A DNA stretch of 63,877 nt, counting the filler, from Octopus bimaculoides (Eukaryota), in NCBI RefSeq assembly GCF_001194135.2. It is 7 parts of 7 records of this genome, joined end to end, with 100 filler letters (N's around TTAATTAATTAA, not from the genome) between each part and the next. Parts side by side here need not be neighbours in the genome. Positions count along the whole stretch, not along the records: positions 9,976 to 32,543 come from NC_068995.1; positions 32,644 to 51,230 come from NC_068984.1; 5 more parts are not named here. One strand, written 5' to 3'. Made by a program: the position numbers and the translations under genes. Every line of letters begins with the position of its first letter. The stretch's first letter is position 1. Under the pieces are notes generated by a model that saw only the letters and a list, made by a program, of their open reading frames with translations, ran no database searches and was not told the origin of the DNA. Below are positions 24,513-38,000 of the stretch, piece after piece.

Positions 24513-26940
24513 ATGTTAGGACGTGCTGTGTGGAGGTGCTGACCTACTCTGTTCGAAAATATTAGGGCACAGAATTTTTTGTGTCGTATAGCCAGCTGGA
24601 AACGATGTTTCCTGGGGCTAAATAAATCTAACAGTCGTTCCATTCTGGGACTGCCACATTGTGTAAGCAAAAAGTCATTGCTTTATGGTGCTGTCACTGT
24701 ATATTTCTCTTTGAGAGATTTAGAAATAATAATATCTCTATTTAGTAGATCAGTGACTGTGTGTCACTTTGAAATCTATATATTTTCGACAGCAGTTCAA
24801 TAGCGACAACTATCCAACCAAGCTACTTCACGCTGATAAAGGGCGATAAACTATAAACCGGTCCGTGAATTCGAGTAACATTCGTCCCATCTCGGGACTG
24901 CAACATTATGCTGGCAAAAAGTCATTGCTTTATGGTGCTGTCACTGTATATTTCTCTTTGAGAGATTTAGAAATAATAATATCTCTATTTAGTAGATCAG
25001 TGANNNNNNNNNNNNNNNNNNNNNNNNNNNNNNNNNNNNNNNNNNNNNNNNNNNNNNNNNNNNNNNNNNNNNNNNNNNNNNNNNNNNNNNNNNNNNNNNN
25101 NNNNNNNNNNNNNNNNNNNNNNNNNNNNNNNNNNNNNNNNNATATATATAAACACGTTTGTGTGTGCATTTGTTTATTTGTAAATGCAAGTTTGTTTGTA
25201 TGTTCCTGGTTATGTTTTTGATCTGGAACATAAAATTAACTATATATTTACTATATACATTAGTATTCGTACAGATTTACAGATTTAAAATCGAAATCGT
25301 CTCTTTCGGAATGTAACTGAAAATATATACCGAGATTACATTACGTATGGTTGAGCATTATTTTCAACGAATTTTACTCAGCCATTCCGGTATGACTACG
25401 TAAAAATTAAATTGAAATATAAATATATTGTTTATGCCTTCCTTAGTCATAGCTTTTGTAGTTTCAAGATAGACAAATGATTTAATCCAGTGTTCAGTCA
25501 TTTATAAAACTTTCAAATATATTCCACAGCATGTATGTATAAGTATAGACTCATGTGTTTTTTTTTTTTGTGTGTGTGTGTAAGCATATCTGCATGCTTC
25601 ACTAAAATAACTTGTAGAACATTGACAATTATTCTCAATCTAACTTTGAACAAAATAATTAAATACACAAATATAATTATGTAACCCTTCAGATTTTTTT
25701 AAGTGGCATTGTTTGTTGTTAATATTATTATTCAAGTGTGTATAGTTTCTGAAGAGTTTCTTGTGAATGCTGATCACGAAGTCTTTGAGTTCCGCTCGGT
25801 AAGCAGATTTTACGAAATGCGTGTTGGCTGTTGGGAAGTAGCACATCTCTGCTAGCAGGCAAAGAAAATGGTCGTCTTTTTTGGAATTGTCATTGACAGC
25901 TGCTGCATAAAATCATGACGTGAAACTAAAGGATATGACACTGTCACCATATATTACAAGATACAAACTACGTTCTAATTTATTTGGATGCAACGTACAA
26001 AAACAAAACAGAACAGAATAAATGATTTATATACGTATATAATACATACGTATGTATATACATAAACATGTAGAGTATATAAAAATATATATATATATAA
26101 GTATCTAAATATATATGTATACCTATCTATCTATCTATCTATCNNNNNNNNNNGTGTGTATGTTATTCACTTAAGATATCGGACATTTCTCATATATTTG
26201 GTTGCATATTCACAGGAAACGGTAAAAGCAGAAGTTACAATGTAGCAGAAACCGAAGAGGAAATAAGCTAGCATATGTCATTTTGATAGCAATAATGATA
26301 AAAAGCCGAAGATATGCGGCCTAAAGTATGGAATTCAATGAGAGACTGAGATATTGGGAGAGTTTACTACAACAAAGAACTGGAAAAGATAGCTGCAAAC
26401 AGAAGATATTACATGGCCATTTCGGGCCACAAAGAAATTTTTTTTAAATTAAAGATTTATGAAGTGAAAAATGGTTGTTGTGGCTGACAGATGAAAGACT
26501 GGTTTAGAGCGTATGGTATATGCATATGTACAAACACATACATGGAGGAGAGAGAGAACAAATGGGCAATGTGTAGAAAACTGAAGGTAAGCATTGATCA
26601 CACGAGTCTACATAGGCTTTGGTGTTTAGGAAATAGACAATATTCCTGTACAAAATCGGCTGCCTGAATCCAAATATAACCATCTTTTTGACCTGTCAAA
26701 TCTAGCTTTTTAAGTTATTGAACATCCCTATAGTCACTATGTATGTATGCCCAGTAATATGTATGTATGTCCAGTACTATGTATGTCCAGTACTATGTAT
26801 GCATGTCACTGTGTATGTATGTATGTCACTATGTATGTATGTATGTCCAGTACGCAATGTTCGTAACCTTATTCTAATTCTAAGATTTTTTTTTCTTTTT
26901 CCATACTTTGTAAATGCTGTGGTGAACTAAGCAATACAAA

Positions 26941-28384
26941 ATGAGCAAGATGTCCTCTTCAAGAAAGTGTTGCGTTAATTCTCCAAATGTATTTTGTTAT
27001 GTTTGTGGAGAATACACCTTACCTGAAAATTGAAAAAACATCACTGATTTTGTTGAAAGAGCGTATATGCCATATTTTGGAGTCAAGATGGGAGACCAAG
27101 ATAAATATTGGGCTCTGAATAGTATCTGTAAACAATGTACAGATCATTTGCGGCAATGGAGTAAAGTGACAAGAAAAGTATGAGGTTTGCGATACCAATG
27201 ATATGGCAGGAGCCCTATAATCACATTGACGACTGCTACTTTTGTAACCTAAATTTGAAGGGTATTAACCGGAAAAATCAAGAGGCGCTTGTGTATCCTA
27301 ATCTTACCTCTGGTATTAGACCGGTTCCACACAGTAAAGAGCTTGCAGTTCCTGTCTTCAATGCCTTGCCTCAGGTAAATTTAGCCTTATCTAAAGAAGA
27401 TTCATCACCTGAAGATGACACTAGAGATCAAGACTTTTCAGTTGAGAATTTACCTCAGCTATTCTCGTAGGAAGAACCGAATGACCTAGTTCGTGACTTG
27501 AACCTCCCAAACAATTCTGCAGAACTATTGACTTCCCGACTGAAAGAGAAGAATCTTCTAGAGAATGGAGTCTGTATAACCTCTTACCAGAGTCGGCATG
27601 AAGGGTTCCTCTCTTTCTTCACAAAAAAGAAGAGCTGGTTTACTGCAAAGTTGTCAGTGGATTTCTTAATAAACTTGGCATTGAAGAATACAGACCAGAG
27701 GAATGACATCTTTTTATAGACAGCACAAAGCCTAGGTTAAAATGTCTATTGTTGCACAACGGAAATGTGTATTGGTCTGTCTCACTCAGCCACTCAACAA
27801 CTGTGAAGGAAAAAATATGAAGAAATTAAGTTGGTTTATAGAAGATACTGCACCATAACCATAAATGGGTCATCTGCGTCGACTTAAAGATGGCGAATAT
27901 TCTCAAGGGACAGCAATCTGATTATACTAAATACCCATGCTTTCTTTGCATAGGGGAAAGTGAAGACCGAGTAAAACACCATGTTAAGAAAGACTTAAAA
28001 CCTGGAGCAAATATGGCTCCATGTAATACTGAAAATAATATATTGGAAGAACCTTTAGTTGAACGAGATAAGAACAACTTCTCCTTGCACTTCAAACGCG
28101 GATTGATCAAGAAGTTCGTCAAAGCCCTTAACAGAAAGGGGGAGTGTTCCAAGTATATCTGCAGTGTATTTCCAGACTTTGGTAAAGTTGTGCAAAATTT
28201 CCTTCGGAAACACAAGCGAGAAGACTATAGAGATCTTGTTACCAGTTTGATATTAACTTTTTGTGATACTGGCGCAAATATTAGCATCAAAACGCATTAT
28301 ATTTTTAGACATCTGGATTGCTTTCCTAAAAATCTCGGAGATGTTAGTGATGAACAAGATGAACGATTCTGTCAGGACATCTAG
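26941..28384 (+). mobile_element. Chapaev3 (CMC superfamily) transposase pseudogene, truncated
   Basis: MSSSRKCCVNSPNVFCYVCGEYT...GDQDKYW...MRFAIPMIWQEPYNHIDDCYFC...RPVPHS; LVRDLNLP; YTKYPCFLC; HLDCFPKNLGDVSDEQDERFCQDI. Stops, frameshifts and deletions; no TIR identified. Confidence 0.85.
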
Positions 28385-28414
28385 GAAAGTAGCCCATCTC
28401 GCGCAAAAGGTGCT

Positions 28415-28538
28415 TGATGCAGTACCAGGCAGTGTCTAATACCCTGATGCAGTACCAGGCAGAGGCTCTACGTCATTATGCAGTACCATGCAGTGGCTCC
28501 ATGCCTTGATGCAGTACCAGGTAGTGACTGTCATGGCT
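28415..28538. repeat. Four ~30-31 bp tandem units (tgatgcagtaccaggcag...) within an interspersed repeat (~28385-28815) that truncates the Chapaev3 copy
   Basis: Unit starts at 28415, 28445, 28476 and 28507. Confidence 0.85.
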
Positions 28539-28870
28539 TCTCATGTTAACTGATTGCAAGTGTTATAATGTACATTGTTTGTCTTTGTATAAAAGATGGG
28601 CTACTAAAAATATTCTGCTCAATATTACAGATTTGCTTGTCATTTGTTTGACCTTAACTAGTTGAGCATATCCGTTAGTGGCTGACGATATGTGCATCAC
28701 TGATCACGAGCAGATGTACTAGTGGGAGCATCATATCCATGTGTTGAGATGAACTTTGGGGGGTTTGGATAAATAACCTTTGGACATATGGGTGCTTCGT
28801 TCAACATCCTTAAACATCATTTATGTATGTGTTTATGTATGTATGTATGTATGTATGTATGTATGTATGT

Positions 28871-28979
28871 AGAGTGGCTGTGTGGCACCTTTGGCAAGTG
28901 TCTTCTACTATAGCTTCGGGCCGACCAAAGCCTTGTGAGTGGATTTGGTAGACGGAAACTGAAAGAAGCCCGTCGTATA

Positions 28980-28980
<1 letters not shown>
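28871..28980 (+). mobile_element. SINE family A, 5' part with internal deletion
   Basis: gagtggctgtgtgg joined directly to caccttt...gaaagaagcccgtcg; ~50 bp missing relative to the 34584 copy. Confidence 0.85.
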
Positions 28981-29013
<33 letters not shown>

Positions 29014-29869
29014 NNNNNNNNNNNNNNNNNNNNNNNNNNNNNNNNNNNNNNNNNNNNNNNNNNNNNNNNNNNNNNNNNNNNNNNNNNNNNNNNNNNNNNN
29101 NNNNNNNNNNNNNNNNNNNNNNNNNNNNNNNNNNNNNNNNNNNNNNNNNNNNNNNNNNNNNNNNNNNNNNNNNNNNNNNNNNNNNNNNNNNNNNNNNNNN
29201 NNNNNNNNNNNNNNNNNNNNNNNNNNNNNNNNNNNNNNNNNNNNNNNNNNNNNNNNNNNNNNNNNNNNNNNNNNNNNNNNNNNNNNNNNNNNNNNNNNNN
29301 NNNNNNNNNNNNNNNNNNNNNNNNNNNNNNNNNNNNNNNNNNNNNNNNNNNNNNNNNNNNNNNNNNNNNNNNNNNNNNNNNCATTGACGCAAGCCTCCTT
29401 CAAACTCTTTTATGTTTTTGCAAGAGCGGCTTGTAACTTTCTTTTCTTCACTTTATTTGATAAAATTGTCAAACACGGACGGATAATATTTACAACGTTT
29501 CACTCCGTTCGTCTTTTGGGAGGGAAAGCTGCCCCATATCCTTATCTCCTGTACATTTGCGTTGTATACATTTCGACTACTGCCAGTAACAATATTTAAA
29601 AATGTATTTTTCTCACTATTTTTCGCAGTATGAATGTTTGTAATTTTACTTGCAATTACATGTTTGATTATTTGACCGAGAATTTTGTTTTTTCTCTTTT
29701 TATAGCCTGCATTTATATTTTTCACAATTTTCAAACGATTTTTCTTACAGTTTGTACGCTACATTGCCGAAAACATTTATTCTAAAAGATAACATACACG
29801 AATTCTCGCTGCAGTTATGAATTTTAAACCCACTAGTTTCATTATTCTGTTTCATATACGTTATTGATT

Positions 29870-30058
29870 TTAAGTATTGGCACAAGACCAGCAAGTTCGT
29901 GTGACGGTATTAGTCGACTACATCGATCCCAGTATTCAACTGGTGCTTATTTCACCGACGCTGAAAAAATGAAAGGTGATGTTGGCGTCAGATACGTTCG
30001 TAGTCCCATTGTATAAGTGGACGAATCATGGCCAACGATCTTGAAAGTTCGCCACCCT
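29870..30058 (-). mobile_element. SINE family C, diverged
   Basis: ggcacaagacc...tagtcgactacatcgatcccagt...gttcgccacc is the reverse complement of family C. Confidence 0.75.
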
Positions 30059-31231
30059 TTCATTAGTTAAATAAAAAACATTACCTCAGTCTATCATACC
30101 AAATATATACGTCTGCGTATGCCTGTATATATACATGTATGTGTGTGTATGTATGAGTGTGTGTGTGTGCATACGTGTTTGTATACATGCGTAGATACAG
30201 GATGGATGAATCTATGCATATATGTATAGGCATATATATATATATATATATATANNNNNNNNNNNNNNNNNNNNNNNNNNNNNNNNNNNNNNNNNNNNNN
30301 NNNNNNNNNNNNNNNNNNNNNNNNNNNNNNNNNNNNNNNNNNNNNNNNNNNNNNNNNNNNNNNNNNNNNNNNNNNNNNNNNNNNNNNNNNNNNNNNNNNN
30401 NNNNNNNNNNNNNNNNNNNNNNNNNNNNNNNNNNNNNNNNNNNNNNNNNNNNNNNNNNNNNNNNNNNNNNNNNNNNNNNNNNNNNNNNNNNNNNNNNNNN
30501 NNNNNNNNNNNNNNNNNNNNNNNNNNNNNNNNNNNNNNNNNNNNNNNNNNNNNNNNNNNNNNNNNNNNNNNNNNNNNNNNNNNNNNNNNNNNNNNNNNNN
30601 NNNNNNNNNNNNNNNNNNNNNNNNNNNNNNNNNNNNNNNNNNNNNNNNNNNNNNNNNNNNNNNNNNNNNNNNNNNNNNNNNNNNNNNNNNNNNNNNNNNN
30701 NNNNNNNNNNNNNNNNNNNNNNNNNNNNNNNNNNNNNNNNNNNNNNNNNNNNNNNNNNNNNNNNNNNNNNNNNNNNNNNNNNNNNNNNNNNNNNNNNNNN
30801 NNNNNNNNNNNNNNNNNNNNNNNNNNNNNNNNNNNNNNNNNNNNNNNNNNNNNNNNNNNNNNNNNNNNNNNNNNNNNNNNNNNNNNNNNNNNNNNNNNNN
30901 NNNNNNNNNNNNNNNNNNNNNNNNNNNNNNNNNNNNNNNNNNNNNNNNNNNNNNNNNNNNNNNNNNNNNNNNNNNNNNNNNNNNNNNNNNNNNNNNNNNN
31001 NNNNNNNNNNNNNNNNNNNNNNNNNNNNNNNNNNNNNNNNNNNNNNNNNNNNNNNNNNNNNNNNNNNNNNNNNNNNNNNNNNNNNNNNNNNNNNNNNNNN
31101 NNNNNNNNNNNNNNNNNNNNNNNNNNNNNNNNNNNNNNNNNNNNNNNNNNNNNNNNNNNNNNNNNNNNNNNNNNNNNNNNNNNNNNNNNNNNNNNNNNNN
31201 NNNNNNNNNNNNNNNNNNNNNNNNNNNNNNN

Positions 31232-31280
<49 letters not shown>

Positions 31281-31428
31281 TATATATATATACATATACA
31301 AATATATATATGTATCATGTATCATGTATGTATAATCATATAGATATATTCATATATATCCTATACATATACACATACGTATTTATATATACATATATAC
31401 ATATGCAGATACATACAACACACATACA

Positions 31429-31466
<38 letters not shown>

Positions 31467-32361
31467 TAAATATGTACCATATGTGTATACTGCAAAGTGT
31501 AAGCCTCATTCCATTTCTCGAATCGTCACTAATAAAAGACATTAATTGCCTCGTACTATAATGCATGTAACGGAATTTATGAAAATTATTCCAATGCCTT
31601 TATGACGTTGGATATAAACATTAAGAAATATGACAGAAACAATTCAAAGAACAAATAGAAATGACATTATAAAAGTTGGGACTATATAAACTGTAGAGTA
31701 ATTCACATGTGAAGGATTAAGTAATAGAAAAAGCAAACATATTCTAAAGACTTCAGTCGACTATCAACTGTAAAATAAATAGTCTGTCGTTAGTTGAAAT
31801 TCCCAGCAGGTACAACTATAAAGTCACAGTTATATGAAACAAAAAAAAAGCCGTAAATAATATGTTTATATGCGATGAGGGATGCTGATAATGACGCTTA
31901 AGACAATAAATGTAACAATTAAAAAGAAGCAGCAGTAATAGTAATATTATTATGATTCTAGCACTTAATAATAATTGATGGAAAAAAGAAACATAACACA
32001 ATAATACAACAACACTGTAAACAATGCCAGCAGGGAAAAAAATCAATTGAAACAGTAACAATAAAAACCATGTTTAGTCGGGAAGAAAATTAGTAGATGA
32101 CTAAGAAAACTAATTAAAAGCTATGCAATTTGAGTAACAATAAAGAATCTGCTTCTGCACATTAGATTTACTATTCAGTCTTGGGTTTATCCTTGGGGAA
32201 AGACTGTCAGCCAATTCATTTAAAAAGAGTCAGCTTCCACAATCTATCATATTCCATTTCTTCATGTGCTGTTAGGCAACGAAGAAATCACTTTAAAATA
32301 CGACCTTAATTAATACTATATTATTATTATTATTATTAATATTATTATTATTATTATTATT

Positions 32362-32543
32362 GTTCAGTAGTTTCATTTTTATAACGTGCTTTCACTTCAC
32401 TACCGAGCGCAGCTCTGTGCGCCTTGGGTATGTGCTGTGGTTTGCTGTGGTGCTCTTATGTTTACTGTATTGAAAGTGTTTTGCGTAGAATGTGTGCAGT
32501 ACCCAGTAATGTAATTTTCTGTATGTCATATATATTTGTAAGT
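32362..32543 (-). mobile_element. R4/Dong lineage A 3' end (truncated by gap)
   Basis: Close reverse complement of ~18150-18332; its 3' end abuts (TTA)n on the + strand, i.e. (TAA)n on the element strand. Confidence 0.9.
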
Positions 32544-32754
32544 NNNNNNNNNNNNNNNNNNNNNNNNNNNNNNNNNNNNNNNNNNNNTTAATTAATTAAN
32601 NNNNNNNNNNNNNNNNNNNNNNNNNNNNNNNNNNNNNNNNNNNTTTTTTTTTTTTTTTTGTGGCGTTTTAAACTTATGAATGGTTCACTCTGTCTGTGTT
32701 TGTTCACAAAATGAAAGTAAATAGAGAAGAAAAAAAAGTTTTGGTTTTGCTTCG

Positions 32755-32918
<164 letters not shown>

Positions 32919-33150
32919 GGCGGTGAGATGGCAGAATCGTTAGCACGCCAGGTGAAAGGGTGAAATGCTGAGCGATATTTCGTCCGTCTGTTCTGAGTTC
33001 AATTTCTGCCGATGTCGACTTTGCTTTTCATCCCTTTCTTTCGAGGTCGATAAAATAAGTACAACACCAGTTGAACACCGGTCAATTTAATCAACTTATA
33101 ATCCTCCCTCAAAATTATGGCCTTGTGCCAAAATTTGAAACCATTATCAT
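32919..33150 (+). mobile_element. SINE family C immediately after a ~160-bp (TTA)n array
   Basis: ggcggtgagatggcagaatcgttagcacg...gttcaatttctgccga...ggccttgtgccaaaatttgaaacc. Confidence 0.88.
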
Positions 33151-33153
33151 TAT

Positions 33154-33869
33154 GTATTCTTTTTATCTCAGGTTTTGTTGTAACTACTGGAGTCTTGCAT
33201 GCGAAGCGGGATTGCTGCTACGGCACCTGCAGCCTGTTCTTTTCAACTATCTAATACTTTTCTGATTATTCTGGCCGTGCCAAGGAAGCAAACCTTTTGT
33301 AACAGTTCTACTGGGTACTCTATTCCGATTTGCTTTATGTTCTTCTTGATGCCTTCTGATACTGTCCCCAAGGAACCAACTATAATTGGCACTACCTTCA
33401 CATTTATTTTTCATAGCTAGTTCGTACTTAAGATGATTGTATATATCTATTTTATCACCTTCCTTCTATATTGTTCATGAGTCAAAGTGTCACGCAATAT
33501 CAACTATGTAGCACATGTGGTGCATTTTGTCCACCACCACTAGATCCAGTCTGTTATGCTCTAGCACCTGGTCTGTTTGGATCGGGAAATCCCAGACGAT
33601 TTTGCAGGTCTCCGACACTGCCACTCTCTGCTGTTTGTGCTCATACTACATCTTGCCTCTCTCTAATCCTCACTTTTCGCATTTTCCAATGTAGCGTTTT
33701 TCTCTACTTCATCGTGTCGCCACAACTTGTAGTAGTTTTGGACAAGTCTAGGGTATTCGTTCGCGATATGGGCAATGGTTTCGTCCACTCTATTACAGAT
33801 GCCTCACAATGGAGACATTTGATCATTCCTAAGGTTGACCCTCCAATTCGGGACCAAAGCTTGGAGTGA
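33154..33869 (-). mobile_element. R4/Dong-clade retrotransposon 3' portion (lineage D): CCHC knuckle plus REL
   Basis: KCLHC.../DETIAHI...RHDEV...KIVWDFPIQTDQVLEHNRLDLVVVDK...IVDIA*.../VKVVPIIVGSLG...LLQKVCFLGTARIIRKVLDS*. Confidence 0.87.
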
Positions 33870-33889
33870 GAAAATGTATTATAAATTGT

Positions 33890-34130
33890 ATATTACGCAG
33901 TTTCCGTCAACCAAATCAGCTCATAAGGCTTTGGTCTGTCCGGGGCTATAAGTAGAAGCCATGCAATGGAAGTGACTCCAAGACCACATCAGAGAGATTC
34001 AGCGTGACACAGAATATGACAAGGCTAGCCCATTGAAATACAGGTACTACTCATTTCTGCCAGCTGAGTGGAGCGACGTGAAATAACGTGTCTTACTCAA
34101 GGACACAACGCGCCGCCGGGAATCGACCTA
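33890..34130 (-). mobile_element. Adjacent fragments of SINE family A (33890-33980) and a family B-related SINE (33990-34130)
   Basis: tttccgtcaaccaaatc...ggctttggtc (family A, reverse); cagcgtgacacaga...aaggctagccc...cagctgagtggagcgacgtgaaataa (family B, reverse). Confidence 0.7.
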
Positions 34131-34583
34131 CTCTACTTCGTTCATTGAGGTTGTGGGTCCTTATGAACTATACTCTAATATGAAAACAAGGAATTAATGC
34201 AGCGTATTAAGATATGTTAAATTTTTGCCCACTTACCTCTATGGTAGCAGAATAATATTATTAACAGATGTCTTCAATTCCGTTCGATAGTTAAAATTAT
34301 TTACACTTGGCGTAAAGTGGAAAATAATAGATAACAACTTTCAATGTAAAAGAGGATTCATTGTATATAAAAAAAAGAATATAACTTTCAGAGATGTCTC
34401 CTAAAAACTGTACATTCAATACTACCTATGCAGAATATTTCACACTCTTTTATGCGTTTCAGCCCAAAGGCTGTGGCGTTTGAAGAGAAATTATATATTC
34501 TATGGTTCTCAATATTCTTCCAACCATCTTAACAGTTTTCAAAATAGCGATAGAATTTCCACAGATATTGCTAATTATTTATA

Positions 34584-34759
34584 GGCGCAGGAGTGACTAT
34601 GCGGTAAGTAGCTTGCTTACCAACCACATGGTTCTGGGGTCAGTCCCACTGTGTGGCACCTTGGGCAAGTGTCTTCTACTATAGCCTTGGGCCGACCAAA
34701 GCCTTGTGAGTGGATTTGGTAGACAGAAACTGAAAGAAGCCCGTCGTATATATGTATGC

Positions 34760-34807
<48 letters not shown>

Positions 34808-35028
34808 ATGTTTGTGTATTTGTGGTTGTCCTCCCAACATCGCTTGACAACCGATGCTGGTGTGTTTACGTCCCCGTAACCTAGCGGTTCGGCAAAAGAA
34901 ACCGATGGAATAAGTACTAGACTTACAAAAAATAAGTCCTGGGGTCGATTTGCTCGACTAAAGTCAGTGCCCCAGCATGGCTGCAGTCAAATGACTGAAA
35001 CAAGTAAAAGAGTAAAAGAGAGTAAAGA
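34584..35028 (+). mobile_element. SINE family A, full length (~445 bp)
   Basis: tRNA-like head (ggcgcaggagtgactatgcgg...ggggtcagtccc), CORE-like ggcaccttgggcaagt, internal (TA)/(TG) microsatellite, 3' (AGTAAAAG)-type tail. Other copies in the window. Confidence 0.9.
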
Positions 35029-38000
35029 ACTATATCCAGATTTTTGTATACATCATCAAAATTTAACTAATATCTATCATATATGATTACAATACTAACA
35101 AAAATTCTAACGATATTTTAAAAGTAAACAAAATTGTCATTTATTGACCGAAATCGCATAAATATTTAAAGATTATATTTGAGTATATATATATATAAAA
35201 GAAAAACAATGCATATATGTTGCTCTTGATTTAGCTGAGAAAATAAATACTAAATAATTTTGAAGTCGACGTCATTTTTAAATGACGTCGATCACAACTT
35301 CAGTCTGCTCATTTTCTTTATTACGTCACTTCTTATTTTTGTAATCTCTTATATTTTCAAAACATTGCAATAATTGTTTTAGAAGAAATCTTGATAATCA
35401 GTATTCTGCTGTGTTCTGAAAATATTATTTCAAATTAGCAAACAAACTGTCACAATAACCCACGTCAAAGATATGAACACATTTTTGTTGCTTTTATGCT
35501 GTTTTACTAGAATATAATATAATCACCTTTTATTAAATTCGATTTCTTGATATAACAATGGAAGCATACATTTTCATTAAATCTTTGGTGTTGCAATCTA
35601 CTTTAAGAGAGAAAGAGTAAACAAACATTTTATTATTTCTTTTGTAGAAGTAACATGCAATATAAATGTCTCAAGCCATCGTGAAACAGTATCAAAGGAT
35701 ACTTTCTCCTATCGCTAGTGAACCATATATGTATCTACATGAAATAATTTCCATAGAGTTGGCGTTTAGGTCATCGTAAGTAGTCCGAAAGAAACATTAC
35801 ATTGCGTTGAGACACAAGGCAAATATGATTTTATCCATTATTTAATATATTGGTCATCAAACTTAATTCCTATAGTTTCTAACTACACACATATCAACTT
35901 CCCCCTCCATCGCGCGCGCTCTCTCGCTCCCTCTCTTTTTCTCTCTCTTGCAGCTGCTTGTGTATCATTAATCAATGTCTATACATACTTTGTTTCGAAG
36001 TTCCATTTTCATAAATCAATAATAATACTCTAAAATATTAATATTCCAGTCGTTAGTGAGTTTAAGTTATTCTGTATTCCTTGTCACTTTGGGGGTCAGC
36101 TATAATTTCATACAAGCCTATTGACTTTGAAGTGCAATTGCCTCTTATATGATTTATGAACTGCGCAATAATATTGCTATAAAGTTGTATATACAACAGC
36201 TGGGCTGATATCGACAATTATACTACATTCCGTTCTTTTATGCGAGCTACTTTTACATACAATTTGCATATACTTTTGTCAGGAGGCGGAAATGTTTGTT
36301 TTTATTGATAAATTGAAAATGAACCGTACCGATTAACTCATAATCCCTAAGAGATATACTTTTGTTTAGCCCTCATCAATTTTTAGCCCTTTACCAGTTG
36401 ATATTTTTGTATATCTAAGACTACATTGATCAGTGTGTTCTTTCCTTTTTAAGAAGGTAAAGTATGATTTTAGAAAATTCGGCTATTATTTTTTGCAGAT
36501 CGAGTGACTACGTAGACGTTCCCTTCTTCGCTAGAGAAGAATACATAATTCGACTTGGTTTGTTTGATTTGTGCTGACAGGAGATAGGGAGTAGGCTTGA
36601 TGCCAAACGTCAAACTTTTTTTAAAATCAAATAACCAATTTTTTTTTTCATTTTGAACATTTTTTATCACACAGTATGTTGTTATTTTTGCTAAAGATTA
36701 AGAAGTATTCTTTCAGCGTTACATCATAACCGTTCTATAATTTTTCCTATAGCACTATGTCATCTGAGATGTTGCCAATGTTGATTTGATTTCTAGAAAG
36801 CAATCAGCTACTGTTTGCTGAAATTCATTACAATGCTGAAATTCATTACAACGATATAAAATTTATAACTGTATAAAATGTTGTTATATATGTGGATCAA
36901 GATGCAATTGCAGCAGTTTAGCTTTATATCAACTCTGATCGAGCAGACCTAAGCTCAGAGACGTGCTCGCCATAACCATCCTACTTTCAGTGCTTCTAGG
37001 ACACATCATTTAGATTCCAGTACATCTAGGACACATCATCATCGTTTGACCAGCAGAGCAGATGGCCACAATCTTCTCCTACCAACTGCAGCTGATATAA
37101 ACAATTATAGTCCTGTTGACAGGGGATTAGTCCTGGACATCTTTAGGCAGAATTTGAACTCAGAACACAAAGATCCAGAATAGTTATCACAAAGCATCTC
37201 ACCTGATGCCCCCAAAATTCCACCAGTCAACTGCTCTCTACCAGAGAGCAATGGCTTGATTTATGAGAAATACTGAAAAGTGATATATTGCTGAAACCCT
37301 TAATGAAATATAGTCAGATGAAAGTATCTTGGCATATTTTTTTATTTATGCATCCTATTTTTGGTGAGTATAGCATATAAATAATATTTGGGGGTATAAA
37401 AGGCTGTTAGTAAAACCAAATTATTACATGGTTTAACATTACTGGTAAAATCATATAAGAATAAACTAAACTAAAGCTCCAAGGTCGTAAATCCTCTTTA
37501 GGTTATGTTTGAAAATGAAATTTAAATTTAAAGAATCATGGTAAAATTATTATCAGTGATTCAACACTATATTTTATGCTGATTAAAACAGCAAAAATTC
37601 TTGTGAGCCGAAGAAATATATACTTTTCTCTGTTAGTAATGTTTCTCAGTGAATCCAAAACATATAATGTGGCTTTCACATTGATAAATTATTTAGTAGG
37701 TATCAAAGGCAACTAAATCTGATGCTTTCAAGGAAATTCCTTCGTTAGTAAACTGAACCAATAAAACTGATTCTGACCTTTTGAGGAATGAAGTTAATCA
37801 ATATAAAGATGCTTTTGGATTCAATTCCTATAAAAATAGAAATAACAGACTGAGCAATTTCAACTTTGATACTTCCGGACTTCAATGAATAATTTTAAAG
37901 AATATTTAATGGGATTAATAATGTTAAATCAAAGTTAAGAATTAAAATTCAGTTAAAGCTTTTCAATGTTATTTAATGCATCAAGTTTGATTTCATTTGG

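Noticed and set aside
24667-25003. Identical 90-bp duplication (24667-24756 and 24914-25003), and an apparent exon at 24592-24662
   Set aside because: The second copy ends at a gap (likely contig overlap or collapsed repeat), and the apparent exon overlaps the repeated unit.
28415-28538. Regularly spaced ~17-bp repeats with variable spacers (CRISPR-like appearance)
   Set aside because: Eukaryotic context, no cas genes, and spacers are related to each other; an ordinary minisatellite.
36456-36497. GTAAAG...TTTTGCAG apparent intron before SSDYVDVPFFAREEYIIRLGLFDLC*; overlapping minus-strand ORF 36470-36670 with a WD40-like 'VFFSSEEGNVYVV'
   Set aside because: A 42-nt intron is implausibly short, and neither peptide can be tied to a known family from sequence alone.
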